Notes: generated from the sequence alone by a model not told the origin. A DNA stretch of 64,000 bases from Candidatus Latescibacterota bacterium (GCA_964291625.2 OZ220089.1:2944001-3008000); one strand, 5' to 3'. Numbered from the stretch's first letter, positions 27,067 through 37,120 are shown. Numbers and translations: made by a program.

Positions 27067-29739
27067 CTACTCCAGACCGGCGTAGATGGTGACGAAGAAC
27101 TGGTTGGTGGTCCGGGACTCGCGCTCCTCGAAGGCGCGGTGCTCGACCGAGACGCCCAACAGCGAGCGCAGGCGGTAGCCCAGGTAGGTGGAGTCGGTGG
27201 TGAACTGCACGGCCACCGTGAGGGAGTCGAAGTCCTGCTCGTCGTCGTCGAGATCGTTGAGGTACAGGTACTCGACACCTGTCTGGACCTTGGAGGAGCT
27301 CAGGACCCGGGTCTGGGCGATGATCCCCGCCATCTCGGTGAGGCGCGACCGCCGTCCGGCGCCGAAGAGGCCGCGGCTCTGGCGGGTGTACTCGCTCTTC
27401 CACCGCGGCTCCAGGAGGAAGGGTCCGATCCGGTGCCGGTAGCTGACCTTGTCGATGAGGCCGAAGAAGTAGTCCTCGCGGGCGAGGCCGAGCTCCCGGC
27501 GGCGCTCGCCGGACATGCGCTGGTCGTAGAGGAGGTGGTTCACCTTGTTGACCACCAGCCACGGCCCCGACTCCAGGGAGTGGCCGAGGAAGAGCTGGTT
27601 GATCCAGGTGTCCTGCCCGAGCAGGGGGTCCTCGATCAGGACGAGCTCGCCGCCGCGCAGGGAGTTGTCCGGGGCCCACTGCAACAGGGGATCGGGGATG
27701 TCGTCCTGGACCCACTGGGTCATGAGGAAGAGGCGCAGGCGGCCGAAGCGGGGCGAGTCCGAATCGATGGTCGCCAGGGCGTAGTTGCTGTGATTCCTGC
27801 GGTCGCTGGAGATCAGCTCCTCCCGCAGCACGCCCGCCATCAACTTCATCCCCGGGGCGACCTCGGCGCCGCCGTAGATGTTGAACCCCTCGTGGTCCTT
27901 GCGGTACGGGAAGTCGGGAGCCTCGTCGTTCTCGTACTGGTCGACCCAGAAGTTGTGGTTCATGTCGACGCCGAAGAGGAACTCCGGCGGGTCGACGCCG
28001 AAGCGCAGGAAGGCCTCCTCGTAGTCCGGGACGGCATTGGTCCGGACCCTGTTGTCGTTCTGGTTGAAGTCGGGCACGAAGTCGTTGTTCTGGTCCCAGC
28101 CGGGATAGACCTCCGTGTCGCCCCTCAACCAGTCCGAGCGCACCGTGTCGGGGATGCGGTCGTGGTCGTCGTTGTCCTCCACCAGCTCGTACCCGCTCCG
28201 GCGGGTGTCGCCGTAGTAGATCTCTCCGACCCGGGTGCACAGGAGGGAGCGCGTGTTGTAGAACGGGTCCATGCTGTAGGCCTCGCCGAAGAGGAACCAG
28301 GGGGCCTTCCTCCGGGAGACGTTCAGCATCCACGCCGGGGCGCTCTCGGCGCCCTCGATTCCCGAGCTGGAGTGGTGGATCTCCTCGGCCGCGTTGGGGT
28401 ACTTGCGGTAGCTCCAGCTGCGGTCGTACTCGCCGTACACGTCCAGGCCGAAGGGGGCGCGGATCTCCAGGCTGCCGCCGGCCACGTGGGTCGCCGTGGG
28501 CAGGCCGTAGTGGAAGCGCAGGGTGCGCAGGTTGGTGATGTCGCGGACGTTGCCCTCGGCCTGGGCCACCAGGAGCAGCACCGGCTGCCCGTGGAAATCG
28601 GTCTGGCTGTCGGAGGTCATCCAGACCTGGTAGTCGTTGCCCATCTGCAGCCGGAACTCGACCTCGACGATCTCGGCCTTGGTGTGCTTCGCGCGGTCGA
28701 GGAATCCGGGGCTGTCGAAGTTGTAGATCAGCCGGATCTCCTCGGTGCCGTCGGCGGCGATGAAGCCCTGGCGGACGATGCCGCCCTCCACCACCGGCGT
28801 GAAGCCGATCTCCCGGCCGCGCTCCTGCGTGCCGTCCTGGTAGGTGATGAAGATGTCGGACCCGGCGGGGAACCAGGCGGCGCCGCCCTCCCCGTCCGCG
28901 GGGGAGTCGTCGCGCAGGACGATCTCGATGGAGGAGATGGCCTCGTTCTGGGCTACCGTCAGCTCGCCGGCGAAGGGGTTCCAGCTGGTCTTGTCCCGCA
29001 GCGTGTTGGACTGGTGGGCGTTGACGCCGTGGACCCCGAGCTTGAGGTAGTCGCCGACCTGGGCGGCCAGCCGCCCGCCGACGAGGCTGGTGTTGTTGGT
29101 GCTCAGGAACTCCCGGTCGAGGGTGCTGCTGCCGCCGGGGCTGCTGATGCGCGAATAGAGCAGGGTGGCCTCGGCGCGGTCGGTGGCCAGGTCGAACTGC
29201 AGCCCGTCGAAACGGGGCTTGGAGAACACCATGGGCGTCAGCACCGTGCGCAGCTGATTGCTCACGGTGAGGGAGAAGTGGTACTGGCCCTTCTGGTCGT
29301 GGGTGACGACGACGCCCGAGAACCAGTCCCGGAAGCGGTTGGACTTGAGCAGCGAGTTCCCGAACTGTTCCGGCGTGGTCTGCGAGTTGTTGTAGATCAG
29401 CCAGCCCCGGGTGAGGAAGTTGCCGTAGATGTCGTAGAAGTGCTCGCCCTCGAGGGTGGTGTCGATGTAGCGCTGGTAGTGGTCGCGGGCGTAGTTGGTG
29501 TAGTCCCACTGGCGCCAGCGGTAGTCCAGGTAGAGCTCCTGGGGCACGTACCACTTGCGCATGGCCGGGTCGACGGCGTTGAGCATGACCCCCGGCCCCT
29601 GGGGGGCGAGGCTGTACTCCTCCCCCTGGCGCAGGCCCAGCCGCGCGCCGTAGTCCTGCTGCGCCGCGGCGGGCAGCAGGCCCAGGGCGAGCAGCCCCAG
29701 GAGACCGAGAGCAGCTGCCGGATTGCCGTGCAGGTTCAT
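27067..29739 (-). CDS. Large exported protein, putative outer-membrane beta-barrel (paralogue A)
   Basis: Signal peptide (..PAAA|QQDYG); RKWYVPQELY, FSKPRFDG, GVDMNHNFWVD, PRWKSEY blocks; ends FFVTIYAGLE; AAGGAG RBS before ATG 29739. Confidence 0.65.
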   Translation of the reverse strand: MNLHGNPAAALGLLGLLALGLLPAAAQQDYGARLGLRQGEEYSLAPQGPGVMLNAVDPAMRKWYVPQELYLDYRWRQWDYTNYARDHYQRYIDTTLEGEHFYDIYGNFLTRGWLIYNNSQTTPEQFGNSLLKSNRFRDWFSGVVVTHDQKGQYHFSLTVSNQLRTVLTPMVFSKPRFDGLQFDLATDRAEATLLYSRISSPGGSSTLDREFLSTNNTSLVGGRLAAQVGDYLKLGVHGVNAHQSNTLRDKTSWNPFAGELTVAQNEAISSIEIVLRDDSPADGEGGAAWFPAGSDIFITYQDGTQERGREIGFTPVVEGGIVRQGFIAADGTEEIRLIYNFDSPGFLDRAKHTKAEIVEVEFRLQMGNDYQVWMTSDSQTDFHGQPVLLLVAQAEGNVRDITNLRTLRFHYGLPTATHVAGGSLEIRAPFGLDVYGEYDRSWSYRKYPNAAEEIHHSSSGIEGAESAPAWMLNVSRRKAPWFLFGEAYSMDPFYNTRSLLCTRVGEIYYGDTRRSGYELVEDNDDHDRIPDTVRSDWLRGDTEVYPGWDQNNDFVPDFNQNDNRVRTNAVPDYEEAFLRFGVDPPEFLFGVDMNHNFWVDQYENDEAPDFPYRKDHEGFNIYGGAEVAPGMKLMAGVLREELISSDRRNHSNYALATIDSDSPRFGRLRLFLMTQWVQDDIPDPLLQWAPDNSLRGGELVLIEDPLLGQDTWINQLFLGHSLESGPWLVVNKVNHLLYDQRMSGERRRELGLAREDYFFGLIDKVSYRHRIGPFLLEPRWKSEYTRQSRGLFGAGRRSRLTEMAGIIAQTRVLSSSKVQTGVEYLYLNDLDDDEQDFDSLTVAVQFTTDSTYLGYRLRSLLGVSVEHRAFEERESRTTNQFFVTIYAGLE

Positions 29740-29750
29740 CGACTGGCTCC

Positions 29751-31454
29751 TTACCCCTTCGCGTGCCGTTGTTCCAGGCGGTCCTCGAAGACCTGTATGC
29801 GGTCCCCGTATCTCTCTCGCAGGGACTTGAAGAGGGCGGAGACCCGGGTGTCCCGCCCCTTGGCGCGGAGGTGCTGCACCACGGCCGCGCGCGCCTGCTC
29901 GAAGGTCAGGAGGCGGCTGCCCTCCCGCTCCAGGACCCGCAGGATCGCATGGCTGTCGACTTTTTTCAGGTACAGGGGGCCCAGCACCTCGCCCACGGGC
30001 GCCGAGAAGGCAGCTTCCACCAGCTCCGGAAAGCCCTCGGCGAGATGGCGTTGCAGGACCATCTCGCCGCCCTTCCTGTGGATGCCGTGGGAGGCCGCGC
30101 CCGGACGCCGGAGGATCTCGGCGAAGGCAGTTCCCCCCTCGATCTCGCCGCGCCACCGCAGGGCCTCGTCCTCGTCCTCCGTGTGCACTTCCTCGATGCG
30201 GGCCCTGTCGCCGGCGCGGAACAACTCGCGGTTCTCGTCGTAGTAGCCCCGAACCTCCTCCTCCGAGAACACCAGGTGGTCCTCCACGTCGATCTGCATG
30301 AGGTGGTCCACCAGAAGCCCGTCGCGGGTGTGGGCCCGCCATTCCTCGAAGGCCTCGTCCTGGTGCCATCCCCGTTGCCGCGCGGCGAAGGCGAAGAGAC
30401 GGGGGTAGAGGAGCTCCCGCTCGGCGATGGAGAGGATGAGGGCGCTGTCCGACAGGGCCGAGCTCTTGGCCATCTTGCGGACCCGGTCCACGAAGTCGGC
30501 GGCGGTGATGGGGGCCCCGCCGGCCCAGGTGAACAGCGGCTGGCGGGCCTGCTCCGGGGTCAGCTCCGGCTGGCGCGCCCGGGTGCGCTCGATGAGGGCG
30601 CGCACCCCCTCCGGGCGGGGGCTTACGTCCTGGTCCCGCCGGAGCAGCTCGACCTCCTCCTCGGTGCGGCGCCACCACTGCTCCATGAAGAGGAGCTTGC
30701 GGACGTCGTCGGCGTAGAGCTGGATCGGCGCCTCGCGGTCTTCGGCGAAGCGGATGATCTGCCACCCCAGCTGTGAGAGGGGGAGCAGGGCGGGGGTTCG
30801 CACCGGCAGGGAGAGGAACTCGCCCTGCGGCACCCGGAGGCGCTTGAGTCCGGGCACGCCGACCCAGCCGATGGTTCCGGTCGAGTCGGTGCTGGGGTCG
30901 TTGGGGGCGTACTCCCTGGCCAGCTCGTCGTAGCCGGTTCCCGACTCGAGCTGCTCGAAGACGGCGCGGGCCTCGGCCTCGCTCCCCTTGAGGACGATGC
31001 GCTGCAGCAGCCGCTCGCGGTCGAAGCCCATGTCGTGGAAGGCGCGCTCCACCTCCTTGGGGCCGATCTCGACCTTGGGGGCGATCACCTGGCGCTGGTA
31101 GCGCATGGAGAGCCAGGCCCGCTCCGCGTCCTCCATCTGCCGGGCCAGGGCCGAGGTGGTGTCGAGCCCCCGGCCGTGGGCCTCAAGCAGCAGCAGCTCC
31201 TGGTCGATCACGGACTGCAGGTGGTCCCGGTCGGCCTGGACCCCCTCCTGGTCGCTGACCAGGTGGTCCGGCAGCCGGTCGACGAATCTCTCGAGTCCGG
31301 CCTCGGTGATCTCGGCATCGCCGACCCGGGCCAGGACCACCTCGTCGGGACCGCAGCCGGCGAGGACGGCGGCCAGGAAGGATGGCACGATGGTTCGGAG
31401 GGGGATGGGGAAACGGCCGGCGGGGGCCCTGGCAATCGGCATGGCCATCTGCAT
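29751..31454 (-). CDS. PrsA/SurA-like peptidyl-prolyl isomerase lipoprotein
   Basis: Lipobox LAGC, VLARVGDAEIT, LQSVIDQELLLLEA..GLD, two parvulin-like segments (YDELAREY..; FAEI..GG..FPEL.EAAFSAPVGEV.GP); start 31442-31454 uncertain. Confidence 0.8.
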   Translation of the reverse strand: MQMAMPIARAPAGRFPIPLRTIVPSFLAAVLAGCGPDEVVLARVGDAEITEAGLERFVDRLPDHLVSDQEGVQADRDHLQSVIDQELLLLEAHGRGLDTTSALARQMEDAERAWLSMRYQRQVIAPKVEIGPKEVERAFHDMGFDRERLLQRIVLKGSEAEARAVFEQLESGTGYDELAREYAPNDPSTDSTGTIGWVGVPGLKRLRVPQGEFLSLPVRTPALLPLSQLGWQIIRFAEDREAPIQLYADDVRKLLFMEQWWRRTEEEVELLRRDQDVSPRPEGVRALIERTRARQPELTPEQARQPLFTWAGGAPITAADFVDRVRKMAKSSALSDSALILSIAERELLYPRLFAFAARQRGWHQDEAFEEWRAHTRDGLLVDHLMQIDVEDHLVFSEEEVRGYYDENRELFRAGDRARIEEVHTEDEDEALRWRGEIEGGTAFAEILRRPGAASHGIHRKGGEMVLQRHLAEGFPELVEAAFSAPVGEVLGPLYLKKVDSHAILRVLEREGSRLLTFEQARAAVVQHLRAKGRDTRVSALFKSLRERYGDRIQVFEDRLEQRHAKG

Positions 31455-31603
31455 CGGGAGCACGTTCGGCCCGGTCGCCGCGGGTCGGGGGAGTGTGCGG
31501 CGGCAGGGTCTCTCCGTCTCGGCGGGCGAGGTCTGCGCCGCCGGCCGGGTCAGCCGGGGGACGAGGGCTCCGGGGCCCCAATATATATGGAGACGGCGGC
31601 TGT

Positions 31604-32746
31604 TCATACCCGGCCACCCCCGCTCTCGATCCCCAGGATGCGCCCGGCGGTCCCGCCCATGATGGCGTCCTTGTCTTCGGTGGTGAGGAACTCGCAGTAG
31701 TGCTCGATCCACCGGCGCGACTGCCGGTAGGTGCAGAACCGGTTCTGGAAGGGCATGTCGGTCCCCCACAGCAGGCGGTCGGACCCGATCCGGGCGACCA
31801 TCTCCTCCAGGGTCGGCCAGACCTCCCGGTAGGGGAAGTCGAAGAGGTCCCCCAGGCGCACCGGGAAGCAGACCTCCAGGTGGCAGTTCGGGCTTGCGAA
31901 GGGCTCCCAGACCTCCTCCGGCAGAACGATGCGGCCGCCCTCGAGGAAGAGCCGCCACGGGAAGCCGTGGGTGAGGGAACAGACGGTGTCGGGGTAGCGC
32001 TCCATCCAGCGCGTGAGGATCCGCAGCTCCTCGAGATATTCCTGCCGCTCCCCGCCGGACGGATCCTCGCCGGCCATCCCGGCGGGTCCCGCTCCCAGGG
32101 TGAAGAAGACGGGGACTCCCAGGGCGGTGGCCGCCTCCCAGAAGGGCCGGAAGGGCCCGTCGTCCCAGGCCTCCTGGTTTCCCAGGTAGGCGTGGGGCGG
32201 GCAGAACTTCACGGCGTGCAGGCCCAGCTCGCCGATCGCCCGCTGCAGCTCGCCGATGACGGCGTCGGTCTCCGGGAGGATGCGCCACTCGTCCACCGGC
32301 GCCATGGAGCGCAGGCGGTCGGGGAAGCGCTCCACGCAGGCGGCCTGGAAGCCGCTGTCACGGCCCAGGATCGGGTCGACGTGCAGCAGCGCCATGTCGA
32401 CGCCGGCGTAGTCCATCTCGCAGGTCAGGCTGAAGTGGGTGTAGTCCAGCTCCCCCATGTCCGGCGGATAGAAGTGCTTGGTGTACTCCTCGCCCTCGTG
32501 GTTCCACACCACCCGCCCCCGGGCCGAGTTGATGCGGAAGTCGACATCCGGCGCGGCGTCGGGGTCCCAGCGGCCCGAGGGATTGAGCGGCGCCGACGGT
32601 CCCGGCGAGCGGTCGCGGATGCGGATCGCCGGCTGGTGGTGGGCGGCGTGGGCCAGCTGCAGCCACCTCATGTGGTCCTCGCCGCTGGCGTGGCCGGCGG
32701 GGCTGGTGGCCGGCTCGAAGCAGTAGACGTGGGAATCGATGATCAT
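31604..32746 (-). CDS. Amidohydrolase 2 family protein
   Basis: MIIDSHVY, MDYAGVDMALL, LLWGTDMP, AIMGGTAGRILG; start set at ATG 32746. Confidence 0.85.
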   Translation of the reverse strand: MIIDSHVYCFEPATSPAGHASGEDHMRWLQLAHAAHHQPAIRIRDRSPGPSAPLNPSGRWDPDAAPDVDFRINSARGRVVWNHEGEEYTKHFYPPDMGELDYTHFSLTCEMDYAGVDMALLHVDPILGRDSGFQAACVERFPDRLRSMAPVDEWRILPETDAVIGELQRAIGELGLHAVKFCPPHAYLGNQEAWDDGPFRPFWEAATALGVPVFFTLGAGPAGMAGEDPSGGERQEYLEELRILTRWMERYPDTVCSLTHGFPWRLFLEGGRIVLPEEVWEPFASPNCHLEVCFPVRLGDLFDFPYREVWPTLEEMVARIGSDRLLWGTDMPFQNRFCTYRQSRRWIEHYCEFLTTEDKDAIMGGTAGRILGIESGGGRV

Positions 32747-32938
32747 CGCGCCTCTCTCGTCTGACGGTGGGTGGTCGAAGGTAGTGAAGACGGCCGGATC
32801 GGGCCGCAGCACCGCGCCGCGGGCCCCCGAGAGCCAGGCTTCCTGCGGCAAGGGAGCCGGCCTATACTTGCCGCCCCGTTCCGGCGGCCGGGCCCCCGGC
32901 CGCCGGCGCAAGTCCACGAATCCGAAGGAGATGCGCCC

Positions 32939-34972
32939 ATGGCATCCACACCGGCCATCGTCGCCACCGACATCGTCCCCCCGCCCGAGTGGGCCCTGCT
33001 GCAGCGCCGCCTCTTCAGCATCCTCGAGACCGCCGGCGACGCCGCCACCGAGGGCTACGCCCGCTCCGACGGCCGGGTCTACCACTTCTTCGACGTCGAC
33101 GACGCCTACGAGAGCCGCTCCATGCGCGCCATGCTCTACGCCCTGGGCGGCCACGAGCGCTTCCTGCACATCGCCAAGCGCGAGTGGGACGCCATCACCT
33201 GGCTCTACAGCGAGGAGCGCAAGCTCACCGACGACGAGCCGATGCACCCCATGTACATGCCCCAGCTGCGCAACGAGTACTGGAACCTCAACGTGCCCTT
33301 CAACGCCGACTGGTTCCACATGGGCGAGGGCAACCAGATGCTCTACGACTTCGGCGTCGCCGACCCGACGAACCCCTCCAACCGCGAGCGGGCCCGCAAG
33401 TTCGCGGCCATGTACATCGGCGAGGACCCGGCGGCCCCCAACTTCGACCCCGACCACGGGATCTTCCGCTCGCCCCTCCACGGCGGCGCCGGCCCCATGA
33501 CCTCCGTGCGCCAGCACAAGGAGATCGTCCACCGGGAGGGAGGCATCTCCAACTACGTCCACCTCGTGCGCCACTGGCTCGACCGCGGCTCCATCGGCGA
33601 CTTCGGGCACCGCAACGTGATCCTGGACAACCCCAGCCCCGGGCCGCTGACCCCCCACTTCCTCTACCCGAAGATCAAGGAGCTGGAGTCGCGGTGGTAC
33701 GAGGACGAGGCCCGCCGCGAGGAGATCCTCGACCTCTTCGACAAGATGGCCCTCCAGGGCGACGAGCCGGCCGGCCTCTGCGCCACCGCCCTGGTGACCA
33801 ACGCCTACCTCTACACGGGCGACGAGAAGTACAAGGGGTGGGTCCTCGACTACGTCGGCGGCTGGATCGAGCGCATCGAGAAGAACGGCGGCGTCATCCC
33901 CGACAACGTCGGTCCCACCGGCCAAGTCGGCGAGCACCGCGACGGCCAGTGGTGGGGCGGGCTGCACGGCTGGAGCTCCAGCGAGAGCGCCGCCGACCGG
34001 CTCTTCCTCGGTCTCATCGTGGGGGCCCAGTGCGCCCACCTGCTCAGCGGCGGCGACGACGGCTACCTGGAGGTCCTGCGCTCGCAAGTCGTCGCCCTCC
34101 TCGACCGGGGCCGCATGGAGGACGGCCGCCTGGTGGTGCCCAAGAGCCACGGCCCCGAGGGCTGGTTCGGGTACGACGAGTTCACCATCCGCGGCGGACC
34201 CGCCCACCTGGTCAACCTGTGGCACGAGTCGATGTCACAGGGCGACTACGAGCTGGTCACCCGGGTGCGCGACGGCGGCGGCACCGACTGGAACGAGCTG
34301 CCCGCCATCGGCGACCGGGGCGGCGCCCGCACCGAGTTCGCCCGCTTCCAGTACTACGACGGCCGGAACCCGGGCTGGCCGGTGCAGTGCCTGCGGTCCG
34401 ACTACCAGCAGGCCGCCGCCTTCCTCGAGGGCATGAACCGCGACGACCGCAAAGTGCAGGAGATCATCGACGACAACGCCTGGCCGCCGAACCCGGTGAT
34501 CGTCAAGGGCCTCGTGCAGACCACCATGGGCTGCCCGGGCCAGCTCTACAACGGCGGCATCCTGCGCGCCACGGTGCGCTACTTCGACGCCGACGCCTCC
34601 CGTCCCGGTCTGCCGCCGGACGTGGCCGCCCTCGTGGACGAGCTCTCCGCCGACGGCTGCGGGATCCAGCTGGTGAACACCAGCCACGGCGAGAGCCGCA
34701 ACCTCATCGTCCAGTCCGGGGCCTTCGGCGAGCACTCCTTCACGCAGGTGGGGTTCACGGGGACGGCCATCGACAGCGACGACCCCAACCCCAACACCCG
34801 CGTGCGCGCCGAGAGGACGGCCACCGAGGGCCGCGTCCAGGTCGACGGCCGGCACTTCACCGTGGCCCTGCCGCCCATGACCTCGGTGCGCCTGACCTGC
34901 GGTCTGAAGCGGTTCGCCAACGATCCTACCTACGCCTTCCCCTGGCACGGGGGGACGGTTCCCGTCGAGTAG
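32939..34972 (+). CDS. Conserved hypothetical protein (~677 aa), possibly alpha/alpha-barrel enzyme
   Basis: Strong GC3 bias; GAAGGAG RBS; PPEWALLQR, DDAYES, DWFHMGEG, IPDNVGP.G, WWGG..GW, RPGLPPDVAALV motifs. Confidence 0.7.
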   Translation: MASTPAIVATDIVPPPEWALLQRRLFSILETAGDAATEGYARSDGRVYHFFDVDDAYESRSMRAMLYALGGHERFLHIAKREWDAITWLYSEERKLTDDEPMHPMYMPQLRNEYWNLNVPFNADWFHMGEGNQMLYDFGVADPTNPSNRERARKFAAMYIGEDPAAPNFDPDHGIFRSPLHGGAGPMTSVRQHKEIVHREGGISNYVHLVRHWLDRGSIGDFGHRNVILDNPSPGPLTPHFLYPKIKELESRWYEDEARREEILDLFDKMALQGDEPAGLCATALVTNAYLYTGDEKYKGWVLDYVGGWIERIEKNGGVIPDNVGPTGQVGEHRDGQWWGGLHGWSSSESAADRLFLGLIVGAQCAHLLSGGDDGYLEVLRSQVVALLDRGRMEDGRLVVPKSHGPEGWFGYDEFTIRGGPAHLVNLWHESMSQGDYELVTRVRDGGGTDWNELPAIGDRGGARTEFARFQYYDGRNPGWPVQCLRSDYQQAAAFLEGMNRDDRKVQEIIDDNAWPPNPVIVKGLVQTTMGCPGQLYNGGILRATVRYFDADASRPGLPPDVAALVDELSADGCGIQLVNTSHGESRNLIVQSGAFGEHSFTQVGFTGTAIDSDDPNPNTRVRAERTATEGRVQVDGRHFTVALPPMTSVRLTCGLKRFANDPTYAFPWHGGTVPVE

Positions 34973-34988
34973 CGGCGAAGCTCCGCGG

Positions 34989-37120
34989 TTACTTCAGCCG
35001 GATCGCCCGGATGCGGTTGTTGAAGTAGTCGCTGACCAGCAGGATCTCGTCGCCGTACAGGCAGATGCCGCAGGGCTCGTTGAAGAGCGCCTGTCTGGCC
35101 GGCCCGCCGTCTCCCTCGAAGCCCTGGTCCTCCCCGCCGGCGATCACCTCCAGGGCGTTCCCCGGGGCGCAGCGGAGGAGGCGGTTGTTCATGGAGTCGC
35201 ACACGTACAGGACCCCGCCGGCGGTGACGGCGATGCCGTTGGGGGTGTTCAGCCGGGCCTCCTCGGGCGGGTGCCTTCGGGGGAGCAGCCGGGTTCGCCG
35301 GTGCCGGCGATGGTGGTGATGGTCCCGCCCGCATCCACCCTGCGGACGGCGTGGTTGGAGCTGTCCGCCAGGTACATGCGGCCGCCGCCGTCGAAGCGGA
35401 TGGCGTTCACCGAGCCGATGCGGGCGGCGGTGGCGGGCCCCCCGTCCCCGGAGTACCCGGGCTCTCCCATGCCGGCGACGGTGGTGATGATGCCGGTCTC
35501 CGCGTCGATGCGGCGCACCCGGCCGATGGTGCCGTCGGCGAGGAAGATGGCGCCGCCCGGACCGTGGGCCACGGCGCTCACCGACAGCATGCAGGCGCTG
35601 GCCGCGGGTCCGCCGTCCCCCTTGTCCCACTGCAGGCCGGTGCCGGCGATGGTCTGGATGATCCCGCTCTCCTCGACGCGGCGGACGTAGCCGTGACGGG
35701 TGTCGGCGATGACCGCGCGTCCCCGGGCGTCGACCGAGACGTCGCGGGGATTGCTCAGGTAGGCGTCGGGACCGGGTCCGCCGTCGCCGCCGCAGGCCCG
35801 GGCGCCGTTGCCGGCGACGGTGCGGATGAGGCCGGCCGCCGGGTCGATCGCCCGGACCCGCTGGTTGAAGGTGTCGGCGAAGTAGATCTGGCCGTCCGGT
35901 CCCGCGGCGATTCCCGAAGGGGCCGCCAGGAAGCCCTGCCGCGCCGGCTCGCCGTCGTGGATGCTGGTGCCGCCCAGAACCGTGGTCACGATACCCGTCT
36001 CCCCGTCGTAGCGGCGCATCCGTCCGGAGCAGTCGCACCAGAACACGGTCCCGTCCGGGTCGGCGAGGATGCCGGCCTCCACCGAGTTGCAGACCGCCTC
36101 GGAGCCGTGCACCCCCTCGTCACCCCAGCCGGGGACGCCGGTGCCCACCAGCGTCGTCACGATGCCGGTGGCGGCGTCGACCCGGCGGACGCGGTAGCCG
36201 TACTTCTCGCCGACGAAGAGGTTGTCGTGGGCGTCCAGGCAGATGGCGTCCGGCATCAGCGTGCTGGCCTCGGTGGCGGGCCCGCCGTCGCCGTTGGAGG
36301 CGGGCATGCCGTTGCCGAGGACGGTGGTGATGATGCCGGACGCCATGTCGATCTTGCGGATGCGGTGGTTCGAGTTGTCGCAGACGTAGAGATCGCCCCT
36401 GGAGTCGAAGGCGAGGTGCTCGGGGTGGTAGAAGGAGGCGTCCGCGGCGGGGCCGCCGTCGCCGTGGTAGCCGCCCCAGTTGAGGCCGCCCCAGTCTTCC
36501 AGTCCCTTGCCCAGGTAGGGCCGGCTCCTTCCTTTCTCCGACGGATAGTGACGGGCGTCGTGACCGGCGAAGAGCTCGATGGTGCCGGTCCTCGCGTCCA
36601 CCTTCCGGATCGTGTTCTGCCACTCGCTGGACAGGTAGAGGTTGTCCGCCCCATCGACGGCGATGCCGCAGTGGACATCGAGCTCCGCCTCGAGGGCGGG
36701 GCCGCCGTCGCCGCCGCGGCCGGCCCGGCCGGAGCCGGCCACCCGGGTGATGATGCCGGTCTCCGCGTCGATCCGGCGGATCGTGCGGTTCGCCAGGTCG
36801 GCGGTGTAGATGTGGCCGCGGCGGTCCAGGGTCAGGCTGTGGGGCCCGCGGAGCCGCGCCTCCAGCGCCGGCCCGCCGTCGCCGCGGTTCCCCGGGACGC
36901 CGTCGCCGGCGAAGGCGTGCAGGATCCCCTCCCCGTCGATGCGCCAGAGGCGGTTGGCGTGCCAGTCGGCGACGATCAGATCGCCGTCGGCGCGGCGGAC
37001 GACGCCGATGGGCCAGCCCACGTGGGCCTCTCTGGCCGGCACGCCGGTCTCGTGGGGCGCCCCCGCGATGGTGGTGACGTGGCCGGCGGGCAACTCTGCA
37101 AAGAGCGAATTCAGGTTCAC
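34989..37120 (-). pseudogene. NHL-repeat (teneurin-like) beta-propeller protein, frameshifted near 35265
   Basis: Many GDGGPA..A....P..IA.D..G..Y.AD..N.RIR.ID repeats; frame switches from ..PEGTR to EEARLNTPNGIAV.. consistent with one missing base. Confidence 0.8.

Noticed and set aside
17132-34225. Apparent giant fusions in the ORF track (17132-20929, 20242-23430, 25076-29554, 27067-30765, 29751-32288, 31604-34225)
   Set aside because: N-terminal extensions overlap upstream genes in another frame and read as low-complexity; real starts with signal peptides or RBS lie downstream
35000-37100. Recurring DNA repeats such as ccgccgtcgccg as a possible CRISPR array
   Set aside because: They encode GDGGPA of NHL repeats; degenerate, in frame, no cas genes
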